A program made the translations under genes and the position numbers. The notes beneath the pieces are model-generated. The model saw only the letters and a program-made list of their open reading frames with translations. It was not told the DNA's origin and did not search any database. Of a stretch of DNA of 64,000 nucleotides, positions 1 to 9,675 are shown in pieces (the stretch's first letter is position 1; every line of letters starts with the position of its first letter). Source of the DNA: a virus; IMG/VR virus record IMGVR_UViG_3300024239_000016, positions 49,678 to 113,677 of that record; one strand, written 5' to 3'.

Positions 1-89
1 CGTTGAGGATAATTTGAAATTCAGGGAAGCCAGAGCTTTTAAAAGACAGATTGCAAATCTTCGACCGAGACAAACTGGGAGGTAAGAGT

Positions 90-710
90 ATGTTGAACTA
101 TAGCGACTTCGATCCGGTCTACTATATACGGGCCATCAAAGAGGCCTATAGAGAACGCTGGGTTTTAAACGACCCTGCCCACAGAGAAGATCACTTCGAC
201 AATGTCTATGCAACGGCACTGAAGATCAATGATGATCTGCAGCTTGGGTATGATGAGAAGAGGATTGCAATTTTCGCCTATTTCCACGATTTGTTTGCAT
301 GGTCTCGTATCAACCACCATCAGCTCAGCTGTGCGTTCGTCCTAACTACAGACGACAAATTGATCTCAGACGTCGTTGGTCCACCAGACGTTCCGTTACT
401 TGACAGATCGATTATTGCCTACGGATGTCTGGAGCACCGAGCCACGTTTAAGGGTAAATATTCTCATCATTTTTCCGAGCTGTGCTCAGCAGCCGATCGG
501 GGCCTACCAACGGATGTACAGACCTTAGTAGATCGAGCGATCAAATATAGAGCGCGCGATGGGGAGGTCACCAGCAGCATCGTGAGCGATGCGATCGCTC
601 ATGTGAAAGAGAAATTTGGCCGCCACGGCTATGCCAGGTACCCAAAACTGTACCATGATGCATTTGGCGACACTATCGAGAAACGCTATCAGGATATTGA
701 CAATCTTTGA
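90..710 (+). CDS. HD-domain metal-dependent phosphohydrolase
   Basis: H...HD...H...D pattern (HREDH, YFHDLF, LEHRA, AADRG); ATG at 90 follows GGAGG. Confidence 0.75.
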   Translation: MLNYSDFDPVYYIRAIKEAYRERWVLNDPAHREDHFDNVYATALKINDDLQLGYDEKRIAIFAYFHDLFAWSRINHHQLSCAFVLTTDDKLISDVVGPPDVPLLDRSIIAYGCLEHRATFKGKYSHHFSELCSAADRGLPTDVQTLVDRAIKYRARDGEVTSSIVSDAIAHVKEKFGRHGYARYPKLYHDAFGDTIEKRYQDIDNL

Positions 711-711
711 T

Positions 712-1218
712 ATGCCGGAAGTTCAAATGAAAAAATTACTGGCTCTTAACAAAGGTAGCAAGATGCGAGAAAGCATGCTCGCTTCTGTAATTCGCTCAGC
801 GGTTGCTCTATCTATGAGTTCCGTAAAAAAGAAATTTTTTCTGTCGCTTAAGTACGGGGAAGAGTTACGTTGGTCAAATGACCTAGCACTGAATATCCGA
901 GCGGAAATCGTCTTTAATCCATTAGAAAAATCAATTCAGATACATTCCCCATCGATAGATGGGGAATGTATCCCTGTTAAACTTGACATCGGTATCAATA
1001 CCAGGGGCTTAAATCCATCGTCGATCAAAGACGCTCTCTTTGCCGAGTGTATAAATCACGTCATTAAGGTGATTTTTCCAAAAGCCGAAATAAATCTAAC
1101 CAAAGATAATCTAACTGATTTTCTTATTCAGCAAATAGAGCACACCTCCCCAGCGAAAATGAGAGAGGATCTTTACATTCGTTTAAGATGGATCAGTAGT
1201 AACTGTACATTTTTCTAA
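712..1218 (+). CDS. hypothetical protein
   Basis: ORF in a co-directional gene run; start uncertain (712 or 727). Confidence 0.5.
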   Translation: MPEVQMKKLLALNKGSKMRESMLASVIRSAVALSMSSVKKKFFLSLKYGEELRWSNDLALNIRAEIVFNPLEKSIQIHSPSIDGECIPVKLDIGINTRGLNPSSIKDALFAECINHVIKVIFPKAEINLTKDNLTDFLIQQIEHTSPAKMREDLYIRLRWISSNCTFF

Positions 1219-1240
1219 ATACCCAACCTGGAGTAAAGAT

Positions 1241-1630
1241 ATGTCTGATTCCTTGAAAATCTCGATTGTAAGGCTTCTGGTTTTGAGACCAGATTTGCAC
1301 ATCGAAGACATAAAAGTAACTCGTAACAATCTGGATAACGGCATTGAAGTGTGCGTGAATCAATCAGTACAAGTTGTTATACTGCCTGATGATGGAGTAT
1401 GCTTGGCGCAAGTAAACAAAACCACCTACTGCGGAAACATTGTCAATCCGATTGACCAAACAGTTGAGTATTATATCACAGCAACTGTAGATATCTCGAC
1501 TGGAGCGATATCTACCGTCAGCAATACCAGAATAAACGGATCTATCCAAGAGATCAATCACGTGATTGATGTTTATTTTGACATTTCCGCTACTCGCTCT
1601 AATAAGAGAAGCAAAAGGAGGACCCAATGA
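1241..1630 (+). CDS. hypothetical protein
   Basis: GGAG RBS; ATGA overlap with the next gene. Confidence 0.65.
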   Translation: MSDSLKISIVRLLVLRPDLHIEDIKVTRNNLDNGIEVCVNQSVQVVILPDDGVCLAQVNKTTYCGNIVNPIDQTVEYYITATVDISTGAISTVSNTRINGSIQEINHVIDVYFDISATRSNKRSKRRTQ

Positions 1631-2022
1631 ACATTGGCTTTAATATCAATACAACCCAAACAACGGAAGAGATTAAAGAGCTCCTCCGTAAGCGCATGCT
1701 GGACTTTGCGAAAAAGGAAATTGATAACATGCTTATCACTCCTACTCAGATTGCAAATATGTCATCCAGGGAACTAAAAGAGCTGAACAATCAGACTGGA
1801 ATGCTGCACGCTCTCATCAGCGATAAGTTGAATAACTTTGCGCTAGAATACGCGGCTTCCGGTAAAATTGAAGCTTACATCGAGCGTAACGTTGATCACG
1901 CCATGGAGGTCGCAGTCAATAAAGCACTCGAACATAAAGCCAATGCGCTTGCTTTCAAAGCCATAAAGGATAGGAAATTCCCGATACCACTGGGCATCCC
2001 TGATATCCCTTTGATGGGTTAG
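1627..2022 (+). CDS. hypothetical protein
   Basis: AGGAGG RBS; coupled start. Confidence 0.7.
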   Translation: MNIGFNINTTQTTEEIKELLRKRMLDFAKKEIDNMLITPTQIANMSSRELKELNNQTGMLHALISDKLNNFALEYAASGKIEAYIERNVDHAMEVAVNKALEHKANALAFKAIKDRKFPIPLGIPDIPLMG

Positions 2023-2096
2023 CTGCATCTATAGGTAGGCTAGCATAGTTTGTTAGCCTACCAGTATATAGTGGCTTAATTAATTGGTAAAACGTC

Positions 2097-2665
2097 ATGA
2101 GCTCAAAGATCACGTATCAAAAAAGAAATGAACTTCTGCATGAGAAAATAAAAGATATCTGGAAGGATTGGTTGGGCTCTGAAGCAAAGCTTTTCAATGC
2201 GGTAATATCCGCCAACAAACAGTTGCTCAAGCCAATTCCAGGATCAAATGGATTATCGGTTTTAGTCATCGCGCACCCACGGGCCGATCAAGTATCGCTA
2301 ATTGAAGACGTAACCGATGCTGATTGGTGTTACGACCACGATGATCGGCTGCAAAATTTCCAGCTATCATTTTTTGGCAGGCTCTCGCGATCAGTGGTCA
2401 AAGAAAACACTCTTTCTATATAAAGAAATCAATCGATGTATGTTCCAACTATGTACATCTGGAAGACTGCTTAGCGTTTAAGGTCTATATTCGCTGTATG
2501 CTAATGGCGCTCTACATCCATGATGTTAGCGAACAAGATGGCTGGAGTGTCTGGTTTAGCTTCAATAAGAAAAGAATTAAGAATTTTCCAGAGCACGACA
2601 AAATAAAAGAATTTCGTCGCTTCCTGAATCAGCAGTCGATCGCCAAGATAATTGAATTAAAATAG
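2097..2665 (+). pseudogene. hypothetical protein apparently split by a frameshift at a T6 run
   Basis: ORF 2097-2423 plus a second frame open 2345-2665; one extra T at 2370-2375 would fuse them. Confidence 0.4.
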
Positions 2666-2674
2666 GGGAAGGCA

Positions 2675-2914
2675 ATGAGATTTTTCAAATGGTTAGAAGA
2701 TCTGTTCTGCTCAATGTTTGAAACTGACCTCGATTACGAACCAATCAGCACCCGTGAATCTCAAAACGAGGCAAAAGAGCCCCTGGAATTCACCAATGTC
2801 GAAGATCTCAGTCCCCAAGTAAAACACGAATTGGCTACAGAACTAATTAGCCGGACCAAATCGGAATTTACCTGGCGCAAAGCCAACCCATTACAAAATA
2901 AAACTGGAGAGTGA
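2675..2914 (+). CDS. hypothetical protein
   Basis: purine-rich RBS; tightly packed ORF. Confidence 0.6.
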   Translation: MRFFKWLEDLFCSMFETDLDYEPISTRESQNEAKEPLEFTNVEDLSPQVKHELATELISRTKSEFTWRKANPLQNKTGE

Positions 2915-2915
2915 T

Positions 2916-3626
2916 ATGTCAGATAGCGATAAGGTTAACATTGAGGATTTTTTCTTCGATGGAAAAATAGCCATTATGGCAGCTGAGTGGAACGTCAGTG
3001 AATGCGATTCGTTTATTTACTCGCATGGCCTAACAACCGCTGTTGTTAGCGATTCTTCTTCAGCGATACAGGCCGCGGTTGAAAAGCTCACCAAAGAAAC
3101 TGGATTCAAGCACGACTTCAGCATGTCAGCTGGCCGAGCTATTATCAAGCGTGCCCCAGTTAAGATCGGTACCGTAGTTTGGTTCAACAAAGCAAACTGG
3201 TTCCCAATTTCAGATCTGAAGCATCTTGAAGAAATGCAAGCTAAGTTTGTGCTTGAAATTTCCAAGTTGAAAAAGAATCTGCGTGAGTCAGAGCTGGCAG
3301 AAGTAATACTCAACTGCCAAGATATCGATTGCATCGATATTGATCGTAAATACAGCTTTACGGCAATCAATCCGTGTAGCGGCAATGTGCATTCAGAAAG
3401 AGACGCGGTTTTGTTCCTAGCAAAGGACAAAGCGTTTCTAGAGGGAGCGCTGCCAGGATATCGTGCTAAGTGTATCGAACTTGGTGCCAATCCCGCACAT
3501 ATTGAATCGATAGATTTGCTGATTGCGCGTGTCGCCGATTATCAGAAGAAGATTGAGTCCAAAATCCCAGATACGGACCTACCATGTGAGATTCGTCGAT
3601 GCGTGGATGGTGAAGGAGTCCAATGA
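2916..3626 (+). CDS. hypothetical phage protein
   Basis: GGAG RBS; ATGA overlap with the ligase-like gene. Confidence 0.7.
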   Translation: MSDSDKVNIEDFFFDGKIAIMAAEWNVSECDSFIYSHGLTTAVVSDSSSAIQAAVEKLTKETGFKHDFSMSAGRAIIKRAPVKIGTVVWFNKANWFPISDLKHLEEMQAKFVLEISKLKKNLRESELAEVILNCQDIDCIDIDRKYSFTAINPCSGNVHSERDAVLFLAKDKAFLEGALPGYRAKCIELGANPAHIESIDLLIARVADYQKKIESKIPDTDLPCEIRRCVDGEGVQ

Positions 3627-5041
3627 ACTCGGATAAAGTAATGTGGCTGCTTGAAAAAATAGCAGCCACTGAATCGACCAGACAAAAAGAATCGATGCTG
3701 TCAAAATACGCAGAGCATCTTGAGCTACGCAGAGTGCTGGATTATGCATATAACCCGTACAAGCACTATGGCATCATCGATTTTGATTCTTTGGTTAGCG
3801 CGATAGAATCTGGTACATCGATTGGCTTCAAGCCATTCACTCCGCTAACTTGGTCGGTTCTGAATAAGATCATCGGTAAAAATGTACGTGGTATAACCGT
3901 GGATCAGTTATTACTACGGACTATCGAGAGCATGACAAAAGAATCCGCATTGTTGTTAGTGCGAATCCTTAAAAAGAATCTACAAGCCGGCATCTCAGCG
4001 GCCGTTATTAATAAAGCAATACCAGAACTGATTCCTATTTTCCCGTATATGCGTTGTTCTGTTGCCAGCAGCAATTTATTGGATAGATACGACTTTGCAA
4101 ATGGGGTGTTTGTTCAAAATCAAATTGATGGCATGTATGTGGCGGTCTCTAAGCACTCGCACGATGACTGGTGTGTCACTACCAAAAATGGCGATGTAAT
4201 TCCTAACGTCGTGATGAAGCCTATTTTTACGTCGCTGAACAAGATGCCAGTTGGTTATCAGTTACATGGGGCTATAACTGTCAGTCAGGATGGAAAGCAG
4301 TTAGGTCGTGTAGCTGCTGAAAGTATTTTGAACGATCTAATGAGTACGTATAGCGATACCAGCTCAATCATTGACCTTGATGATCATGTAGAGCTAGTGT
4401 TTCATATATGGGACGTTATCAATCACAGCGATTTAACCGCTGGTCGATGTGACCTCATGTACGGGATCCGTTACAAAATGCTTAGCGATTGCATCTCTAA
4501 GCGACCCAGGTATGTTAAGTTAGTAAAGTCAGAGATCTGCCACTCCCTCGATGAAGTATTAAAAGTGACTGGTAGAAATGTTAAAAATGGTTTTGAAGGG
4601 ACTATAATCAAAAATTGGTTTGGTCCATGGACAGATGGCATCAGTCCAGATCAGGCGAAGATAAAACCAACATTCGAAACTAATCTTAAAATCGTAGGCA
4701 TTCTTCACGGCTTACCTGGTACGAGGTTAGAGAATAAACCGGCGTCATGTATTTGCGAAACTGAGGACGGCTCGTTAACATCTGTAATCCCCATTGAAGA
4801 AATAGGAATGCAAAAATCCATCCAGCGCAATCAGGATCGTTGGTTAGGTCGAGTAATTAAGGTAGCTGCAAGTAACGTAACTACCAATTCGCTCGACGGT
4901 ATGAAATCGCACTCACTCTTACACGCTTACTTTAGCGCACCTCATTTTCGAACGGATTCAGATGTAGCGGATTCGATCGAACAAGTGTTTGCTCAATGTA
5001 AAGTCATGCTCAAAGGTAACATAGAACTAAAACCAGAATAG
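3623..5041 (+). CDS. ATP-dependent DNA ligase homologue, probably catalytically inactive
   Basis: T4-like ligase architecture (YAYNP N-terminal domain, FHIWD motif IIIa, EGTIIK motif IV, KIK motif V, OB domain), but motif I reads QIDG instead of KxDG. Confidence 0.8.
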   Translation: MNSDKVMWLLEKIAATESTRQKESMLSKYAEHLELRRVLDYAYNPYKHYGIIDFDSLVSAIESGTSIGFKPFTPLTWSVLNKIIGKNVRGITVDQLLLRTIESMTKESALLLVRILKKNLQAGISAAVINKAIPELIPIFPYMRCSVASSNLLDRYDFANGVFVQNQIDGMYVAVSKHSHDDWCVTTKNGDVIPNVVMKPIFTSLNKMPVGYQLHGAITVSQDGKQLGRVAAESILNDLMSTYSDTSSIIDLDDHVELVFHIWDVINHSDLTAGRCDLMYGIRYKMLSDCISKRPRYVKLVKSEICHSLDEVLKVTGRNVKNGFEGTIIKNWFGPWTDGISPDQAKIKPTFETNLKIVGILHGLPGTRLENKPASCICETEDGSLTSVIPIEEIGMQKSIQRNQDRWLGRVIKVAASNVTTNSLDGMKSHSLLHAYFSAPHFRTDSDVADSIEQVFAQCKVMLKGNIELKPE

Positions 5042-5060
5042 GCCCCTCGGGGCCTATTCT
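5035..5060 (+). terminator. stem-loop, putative terminator
   Basis: AGAATAGGCCC-CTCG-GGGCCTATTCT inverted repeat at the gene end. Confidence 0.55.
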
Positions 5061-5110
5061 GTCCTCATTATTTATGGTGGCGATAACAGTTTAACTTTAG
5101 GATCCAACAA

Positions 5111-5800
5111 ATGACAACATTAATTTCAAACGGTAATGTTTTCCTTGCTGATAAACGCACTAGCAGAAGCTCTGGCGATCAAAATAAACGCATGATTTGC
5201 CATAACTGCGGCGAATCAAAAGGAGCGTTCACTGACAATAAATCAAAAATTATTATACCGTCAGATGATGAACCTATGTATATCAATGGTGAGCGAGTTT
5301 TGGTAATCGGTTTTACCGGCTCAGTCATACCTTGTCTAGAGCTTCAGCTATTTATGTTAAAAGACAATGATATTGGTCTTTTCATGAAATCTTCGATAGC
5401 TGTACCAAATGCGATATCTAACCCATGGCCACTGAAGCAATTTAAGGGCACCGGATTTTTAGCAATCACAACAGATAATACTGGTAAGCGACAAACGCAT
5501 AAGGTTAGTATTACTGACAGTCTCTTTTCCACCAGCCACTACGTCACCAAGAGCGGGATTGTTATTGGTCATGGGAGTGGGAATAAGTACGCACAAGCTA
5601 TTTCAACGCTAGCCGGCGGAGACATAGGTGATCCAATTGCACACATGCGAATTGCCGCGTTCTTTGATAAAAGCACATCGGATAATTCATTTGATATCGC
5701 CACCATAAATAACGACAATAGTGTTAGTGTCCAAAAAAATTGTCACTATAAATCAACAAGCAGCGATTTAAAAGAATTTATAATGAGCAAACTTTTCTGA
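5111..5800 (+). CDS. HslV/proteasome-beta-like Ntn-hydrolase peptidase
   Basis: N-terminal MTT, ADKRTS, SKI, GFTGS and HGSG motifs. Confidence 0.65.
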   Translation: MTTLISNGNVFLADKRTSRSSGDQNKRMICHNCGESKGAFTDNKSKIIIPSDDEPMYINGERVLVIGFTGSVIPCLELQLFMLKDNDIGLFMKSSIAVPNAISNPWPLKQFKGTGFLAITTDNTGKRQTHKVSITDSLFSTSHYVTKSGIVIGHGSGNKYAQAISTLAGGDIGDPIAHMRIAAFFDKSTSDNSFDIATINNDNSVSVQKNCHYKSTSSDLKEFIMSKLF

Positions 5801-5854
5801 TCGCATTAAGTAAACTAAGTAGCTATTTATTTAATTTTAAGGAAAATAACCACA

Positions 5855-6772
5855 ATGTTTTCATTTGAAAAATGGCATACCTCAAAAGAGGTAAATGAGC
5901 GTAGCGCAACACAAGTGGTCGGAGTATCCTCGATAGTTTTTCGCAACTGCAAGAAGCACATCACTTTTTCGCAACAGCTGAACAGCAGTCATTTTGTGCT
6001 CCCATTTGTGGATGAAATACCAAATGACCTACCGCTAATTAGCGAGCGGATCATCAATGTTTCGATTCCAATGGAAACTGGGGTTTTTAAAAGAACCAGG
6101 ATTAGTGAGATTGGTATCCAGATGAGAGGTTGTATCCTTCGTGAGACAGGGAAATTTTACATCGAAAAACCAAAGCTGTCTTTCATTGATGTTGATTTAT
6201 CTGGGCATCAGTTAGTTGAGTTCCTGGAAGCGATGACTGGTTACCTCAAGCCAATGGAATTCACGTTGCGTTGTATTGTCGCGGCTGCGTCAAGTGGCTT
6301 GGAGCTATCTGTAGATGAAGCTTTGCAAAATACCGATCCACTGATAACAGCTGTCATCTGGGATCCTAAGCGCGCTGATCAGGATCCCGGCCTCTATTTG
6401 TTTGGCAATGAGCACAACGAGCAGGTTGAACTGGCTATGGCCCGTTTTATTAAGCGTAATAATGGAAGATGCCCGGTCATGATTGGTTCGCCTAATATGG
6501 GCTCGTTAGAAAAGTTTACCTCGATTAACGATGAAAAAGTAATAGGACATTTTACAGATGTGCGCAAAGAAGGAAATGTATTCCTTGGTGAGTTAGTAAA
6601 ATCAAAGGGCACACTAGCGGCGGCATTACTCGATAAACCACTGCAATCGGAATTTGGTCTACGCACACTATGCAGGCATGTGCTTAACACCAATACAGGT
6701 GAAATGGAAAAGCAATTAGTCGAGATTTTATCAATTGGACTAATTGCCCCACCGAATGAAAAAGGGAATTAA
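5855..6772 (+). CDS. hypothetical protein with possible degenerate prohead-protease-like C-terminal domain
   Basis: C-terminal INDEKVIGHF...FGLRT resembles phiKZ gp175/T4 gp21-type protease motifs. Confidence 0.4.
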   Translation: MFSFEKWHTSKEVNERSATQVVGVSSIVFRNCKKHITFSQQLNSSHFVLPFVDEIPNDLPLISERIINVSIPMETGVFKRTRISEIGIQMRGCILRETGKFYIEKPKLSFIDVDLSGHQLVEFLEAMTGYLKPMEFTLRCIVAAASSGLELSVDEALQNTDPLITAVIWDPKRADQDPGLYLFGNEHNEQVELAMARFIKRNNGRCPVMIGSPNMGSLEKFTSINDEKVIGHFTDVRKEGNVFLGELVKSKGTLAAALLDKPLQSEFGLRTLCRHVLNTNTGEMEKQLVEILSIGLIAPPNEKGN

Positions 6773-6831
6773 AGTACGTTCCATCAAAGCAGCAATCGAC
6801 GATCTACAATCTACCATGAGGAGATGTTATC

Positions 6832-7401
6832 ATGAAAGCACAACAAGATTTAATCCGTATCCGTCCGCAAGATCCAGAAAAGCAATATCTAGAGATAGAC
6901 GAAATGCGCTCTCTGATCAGCACCAGTATAATCTCCAAAGACGAAAATTCGTCAGATAGCGACAATATCGCCGATTATCCTCGTGTATTTATCGACGAGT
7001 TGTTTTTCATGATCGGTAGCAGTGTGGTTTGTATGGACGCCGAGATAGAGCTGCCATTGCTATCTGAGCCAACTAATCCACCCGGATTAATGATACCCGT
7101 GGCGCACGAGCCATTGGTTGTCTGTAATCTTACAACAGACGAAGGGTATTCATTTAAAGTGACGTTACAATTCCATTTGTACGTAAATATACCGAAGTGG
7201 TTTGGTGGTAAACAGAAACACAATGATTGTGATAATTTCTTTGGTATTTCCAGCTCTCCGGTTTGGATTCATCGAGTAGAAGTGATTGGTCCTGTTTTGG
7301 AAACAGCGGCGATTGATCTCAGCTGTCAAATTCTTGGCTATAATCTAGCAGTATTGCGAACACCCAAGAAATCCAATACTGCGCTCATCGCCGACGAGTA
7401 G
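6832..7401 (+). CDS. hypothetical protein
   Basis: GAGGAG RBS; 189 aa ORF. Confidence 0.7.
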   Translation: MKAQQDLIRIRPQDPEKQYLEIDEMRSLISTSIISKDENSSDSDNIADYPRVFIDELFFMIGSSVVCMDAEIELPLLSEPTNPPGLMIPVAHEPLVVCNLTTDEGYSFKVTLQFHLYVNIPKWFGGKQKHNDCDNFFGISSSPVWIHRVEVIGPVLETAAIDLSCQILGYNLAVLRTPKKSNTALIADE

Positions 7402-7405
7402 TGAG

Positions 7406-7969
7406 ATGAAACTATCATTTGCGATCGTTCCAGCAACAGGAGCTCCATTCGAGTTTACCGAGGATTCCATCTCTTGGCTGATTGGTGTTATACCAGACCA
7501 AGGGGGTATGCGAGCAAATCAGCTTTCGTGCCATGCTGAGGAATTTACTCTTTCTTTAGATTCCGCTGGTCTAGATACCAACGCCATCAAAGTTTTTGTA
7601 CTGGATTTTGGGGATGTAGAGATTCAGGAGATGAGCGAGAGCTCATTATACCTTTTCATTGAGCTCAATAATAAACGCTGGATGGATCCAGAATTGTTAA
7701 GAGCCGATACCGTTGGTTCTGACGCTAGATTTTCGAAGTTTTACGAAGAGCATCAACCGTTGTTAAAAGCTATTCTCAAATCTATCAAAGATGGATTTTT
7801 GAATTGTTCCATCGATGGGATTGAAGATCCTTTCATCCCTCTGATGAGCGGCGATATGATCATTGAGTTACCGCAGACCCAAAACAAATCCGTTGCCGAT
7901 CTGATATCTTCGAGATTGGAAGATAAACCATTACTTGAACTGGAAATACCATCAAGAACGATGCACTAA
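7406..7969 (+). CDS. hypothetical protein
   Basis: 187 aa ORF followed by a stem-loop. Confidence 0.65.
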   Translation: MKLSFAIVPATGAPFEFTEDSISWLIGVIPDQGGMRANQLSCHAEEFTLSLDSAGLDTNAIKVFVLDFGDVEIQEMSESSLYLFIELNNKRWMDPELLRADTVGSDARFSKFYEEHQPLLKAILKSIKDGFLNCSIDGIEDPFIPLMSGDMIIELPQTQNKSVADLISSRLEDKPLLELEIPSRTMH

Positions 7970-7974
7970 ACTAG

Positions 7975-8004
7975 ATACCGATCCGGCTTAAGCCGGATCG
8001 GTAT
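7975..8004 (+). terminator. perfect stem-loop
   Basis: ATACCGATCCGGC-TTAA-GCCGGATCGGTAT. Confidence 0.6.
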
Positions 8005-8060
8005 TAGATGATAGCAGCAGGGGATTTTTTCTTTTTATAAATTGCGCAAAGGAAAGCAAA

Positions 8061-9563
8061 ATGCTTCAACAGAATTTACAGGTCCTGGCAAGTGCTCTTG
8101 GTCTTGATATTCATTATCTTCGTGAAAACGGCGGCGATCTCTCACAGCTGAGTGATGGTGACAAGACAAGCCTAGTAGCAGCACTGAACTCATTAAAAGA
8201 ATACGCAAATTCTTACTTGGATGGCGTCATTCATGACGCATCTCAGTCGTCAGATCACGCGTACTCATCCAACAAGATTGAAGCCACTATTCAGTCAGCG
8301 ATTGACCTGATCAAGGTAGGCGCTCCCGAGGCATACGACACGCTGAAGGAAATCGCTGACTACATCGCTCAAGATCAGACACAGATGTCAGGTATTTTGA
8401 CATCGATGGAAAAGCTTGTGCGCTACGATCAGACCATGTCTTTGACTGAGCCGGAAAAGGCAAACCTTCACAACACTCTTGCCCTGGCCATCAGTCAGAT
8501 TGGCATCGAGAGCATCTACGCCGGCTTCCAGCCCAAGCAATTCAAAGATGTGGAATTCTACGTTCCTCACTCTCTAGGCGGACGTATCTTCCAGATCATT
8601 GGCGATGATGTCTCGCAGGTAGCTATCGCCAACACATCGACACGTGCCCCGTATCCACCGAATCAGTTCATCAGCACTGAGTTCAGTAGCGATGGCGAGT
8701 TCTTCCTCTCGCATGAAGGTTACCTGTCCGGTTATCCGAAGGTTCGTGTTGTGGCCCACAAGCGCAATGCCAATGGCACATTTGCAGAAACTGGCTATTA
8801 CGATAACGTCCTTGCTCAATCCATGCTGGCAAGTAAGCAGTATCCAAAGGTCGTCTACAAGCAGACTGCAAATCAAACTCAAAACTGGGCTCAGATCCTC
8901 GGCGTTAATGCGATTGATCGCAGCGATCCAGTTCAGCCTGTTGCAGCCGCCATCCATGGCAAAATGGCAGAAACTCGCGATGGTAGTAAACTAGCTGTCG
9001 CTATGGCTAATGGCAGTCTGCATATCCTCAGTGTTACGGATGGCAATCCGATGTCTTTTGCTCAGGCTGGTTCTGTGCCGGCTTCGCAATTCACAAATGC
9101 GATTTGCAATAACAGTATGGCATTTAGCCCGGATGGCAAGATCCTAGCAGGCGCTTCGCGATACAATGCAACGAAGCAACTGGCTATTGTGGCTACTAGC
9201 GGTGGCGATTTTACTCAGCGCGTTTTACATGCGTTTGATACCGAGCAGGCGCTCCAGCCACGACTCTTCTGGGTTGACTCCAACACCATCGTTGTACAAC
9301 AGAATACCAACTTGCAATTCTACCGTATTCTGTTCGATGGAGTGAATGTCAGCGTGAGTCTCGTCAAGACGCTACCAGTGCCAGTCGGTATGATCATCGA
9401 CGGCGTGACCGATGACGGCCGGCATATCTTCATGCGTACTTTGGCAGGAGGAATGCGAATTCTTCGCCATGTCAGTGATTACCAGTACGATGTTCTTGCC
9501 AATATCACCACTGGTCCGACCACACTGGAATTGTCGCACACAAACTCTCGCCTTCTCGATTAA
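8061..9563 (+). CDS. putative fibre/receptor-binding protein with C-terminal beta-propeller
   Basis: phage fibre N-terminal motifs KTSLVAALN and GAPEAYDTLKEIADYI; WD40-like repeats FSSDGEF and FSPDGKILA. Confidence 0.65.
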   Translation: MLQQNLQVLASALGLDIHYLRENGGDLSQLSDGDKTSLVAALNSLKEYANSYLDGVIHDASQSSDHAYSSNKIEATIQSAIDLIKVGAPEAYDTLKEIADYIAQDQTQMSGILTSMEKLVRYDQTMSLTEPEKANLHNTLALAISQIGIESIYAGFQPKQFKDVEFYVPHSLGGRIFQIIGDDVSQVAIANTSTRAPYPPNQFISTEFSSDGEFFLSHEGYLSGYPKVRVVAHKRNANGTFAETGYYDNVLAQSMLASKQYPKVVYKQTANQTQNWAQILGVNAIDRSDPVQPVAAAIHGKMAETRDGSKLAVAMANGSLHILSVTDGNPMSFAQAGSVPASQFTNAICNNSMAFSPDGKILAGASRYNATKQLAIVATSGGDFTQRVLHAFDTEQALQPRLFWVDSNTIVVQQNTNLQFYRILFDGVNVSVSLVKTLPVPVGMIIDGVTDDGRHIFMRTLAGGMRILRHVSDYQYDVLANITTGPTTLELSHTNSRLLD

Positions 9564-9574
9564 GTCGATATTCT

Positions 9575-9617
9575 ATACATCACTACCGGGCAATGCCCGG
9601 TAGTGATGTATTTTTTT
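9575..9617 (+). terminator. rho-independent terminator
   Basis: 17 bp perfect stem, AAT loop, T-tract. Confidence 0.75.
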
Positions 9618-9624
9618 ATAAAAA

Positions 9625-9632
9625 CATATTAC
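9625..9632 (+). promoter_or_regulatory. phiKZ-type early promoter motif (YATATTAC)
   Basis: CATATTAC after an AT-rich tract; the same motif recurs in several intergenic regions. Confidence 0.55.
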
Positions 9633-9675
9633 TTTACTGATTTCCTACCATTGTTAATTTGGGAGAAGCAAATAC

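Noticed and set aside
16-32. GAAATTCAGGGAAGCC resembles the P4 5' strand of IC3 group I introns
   Set aside because: No partner AATCCTGAGC or P7 elements follow; it is probably the tail of an upstream coding region.
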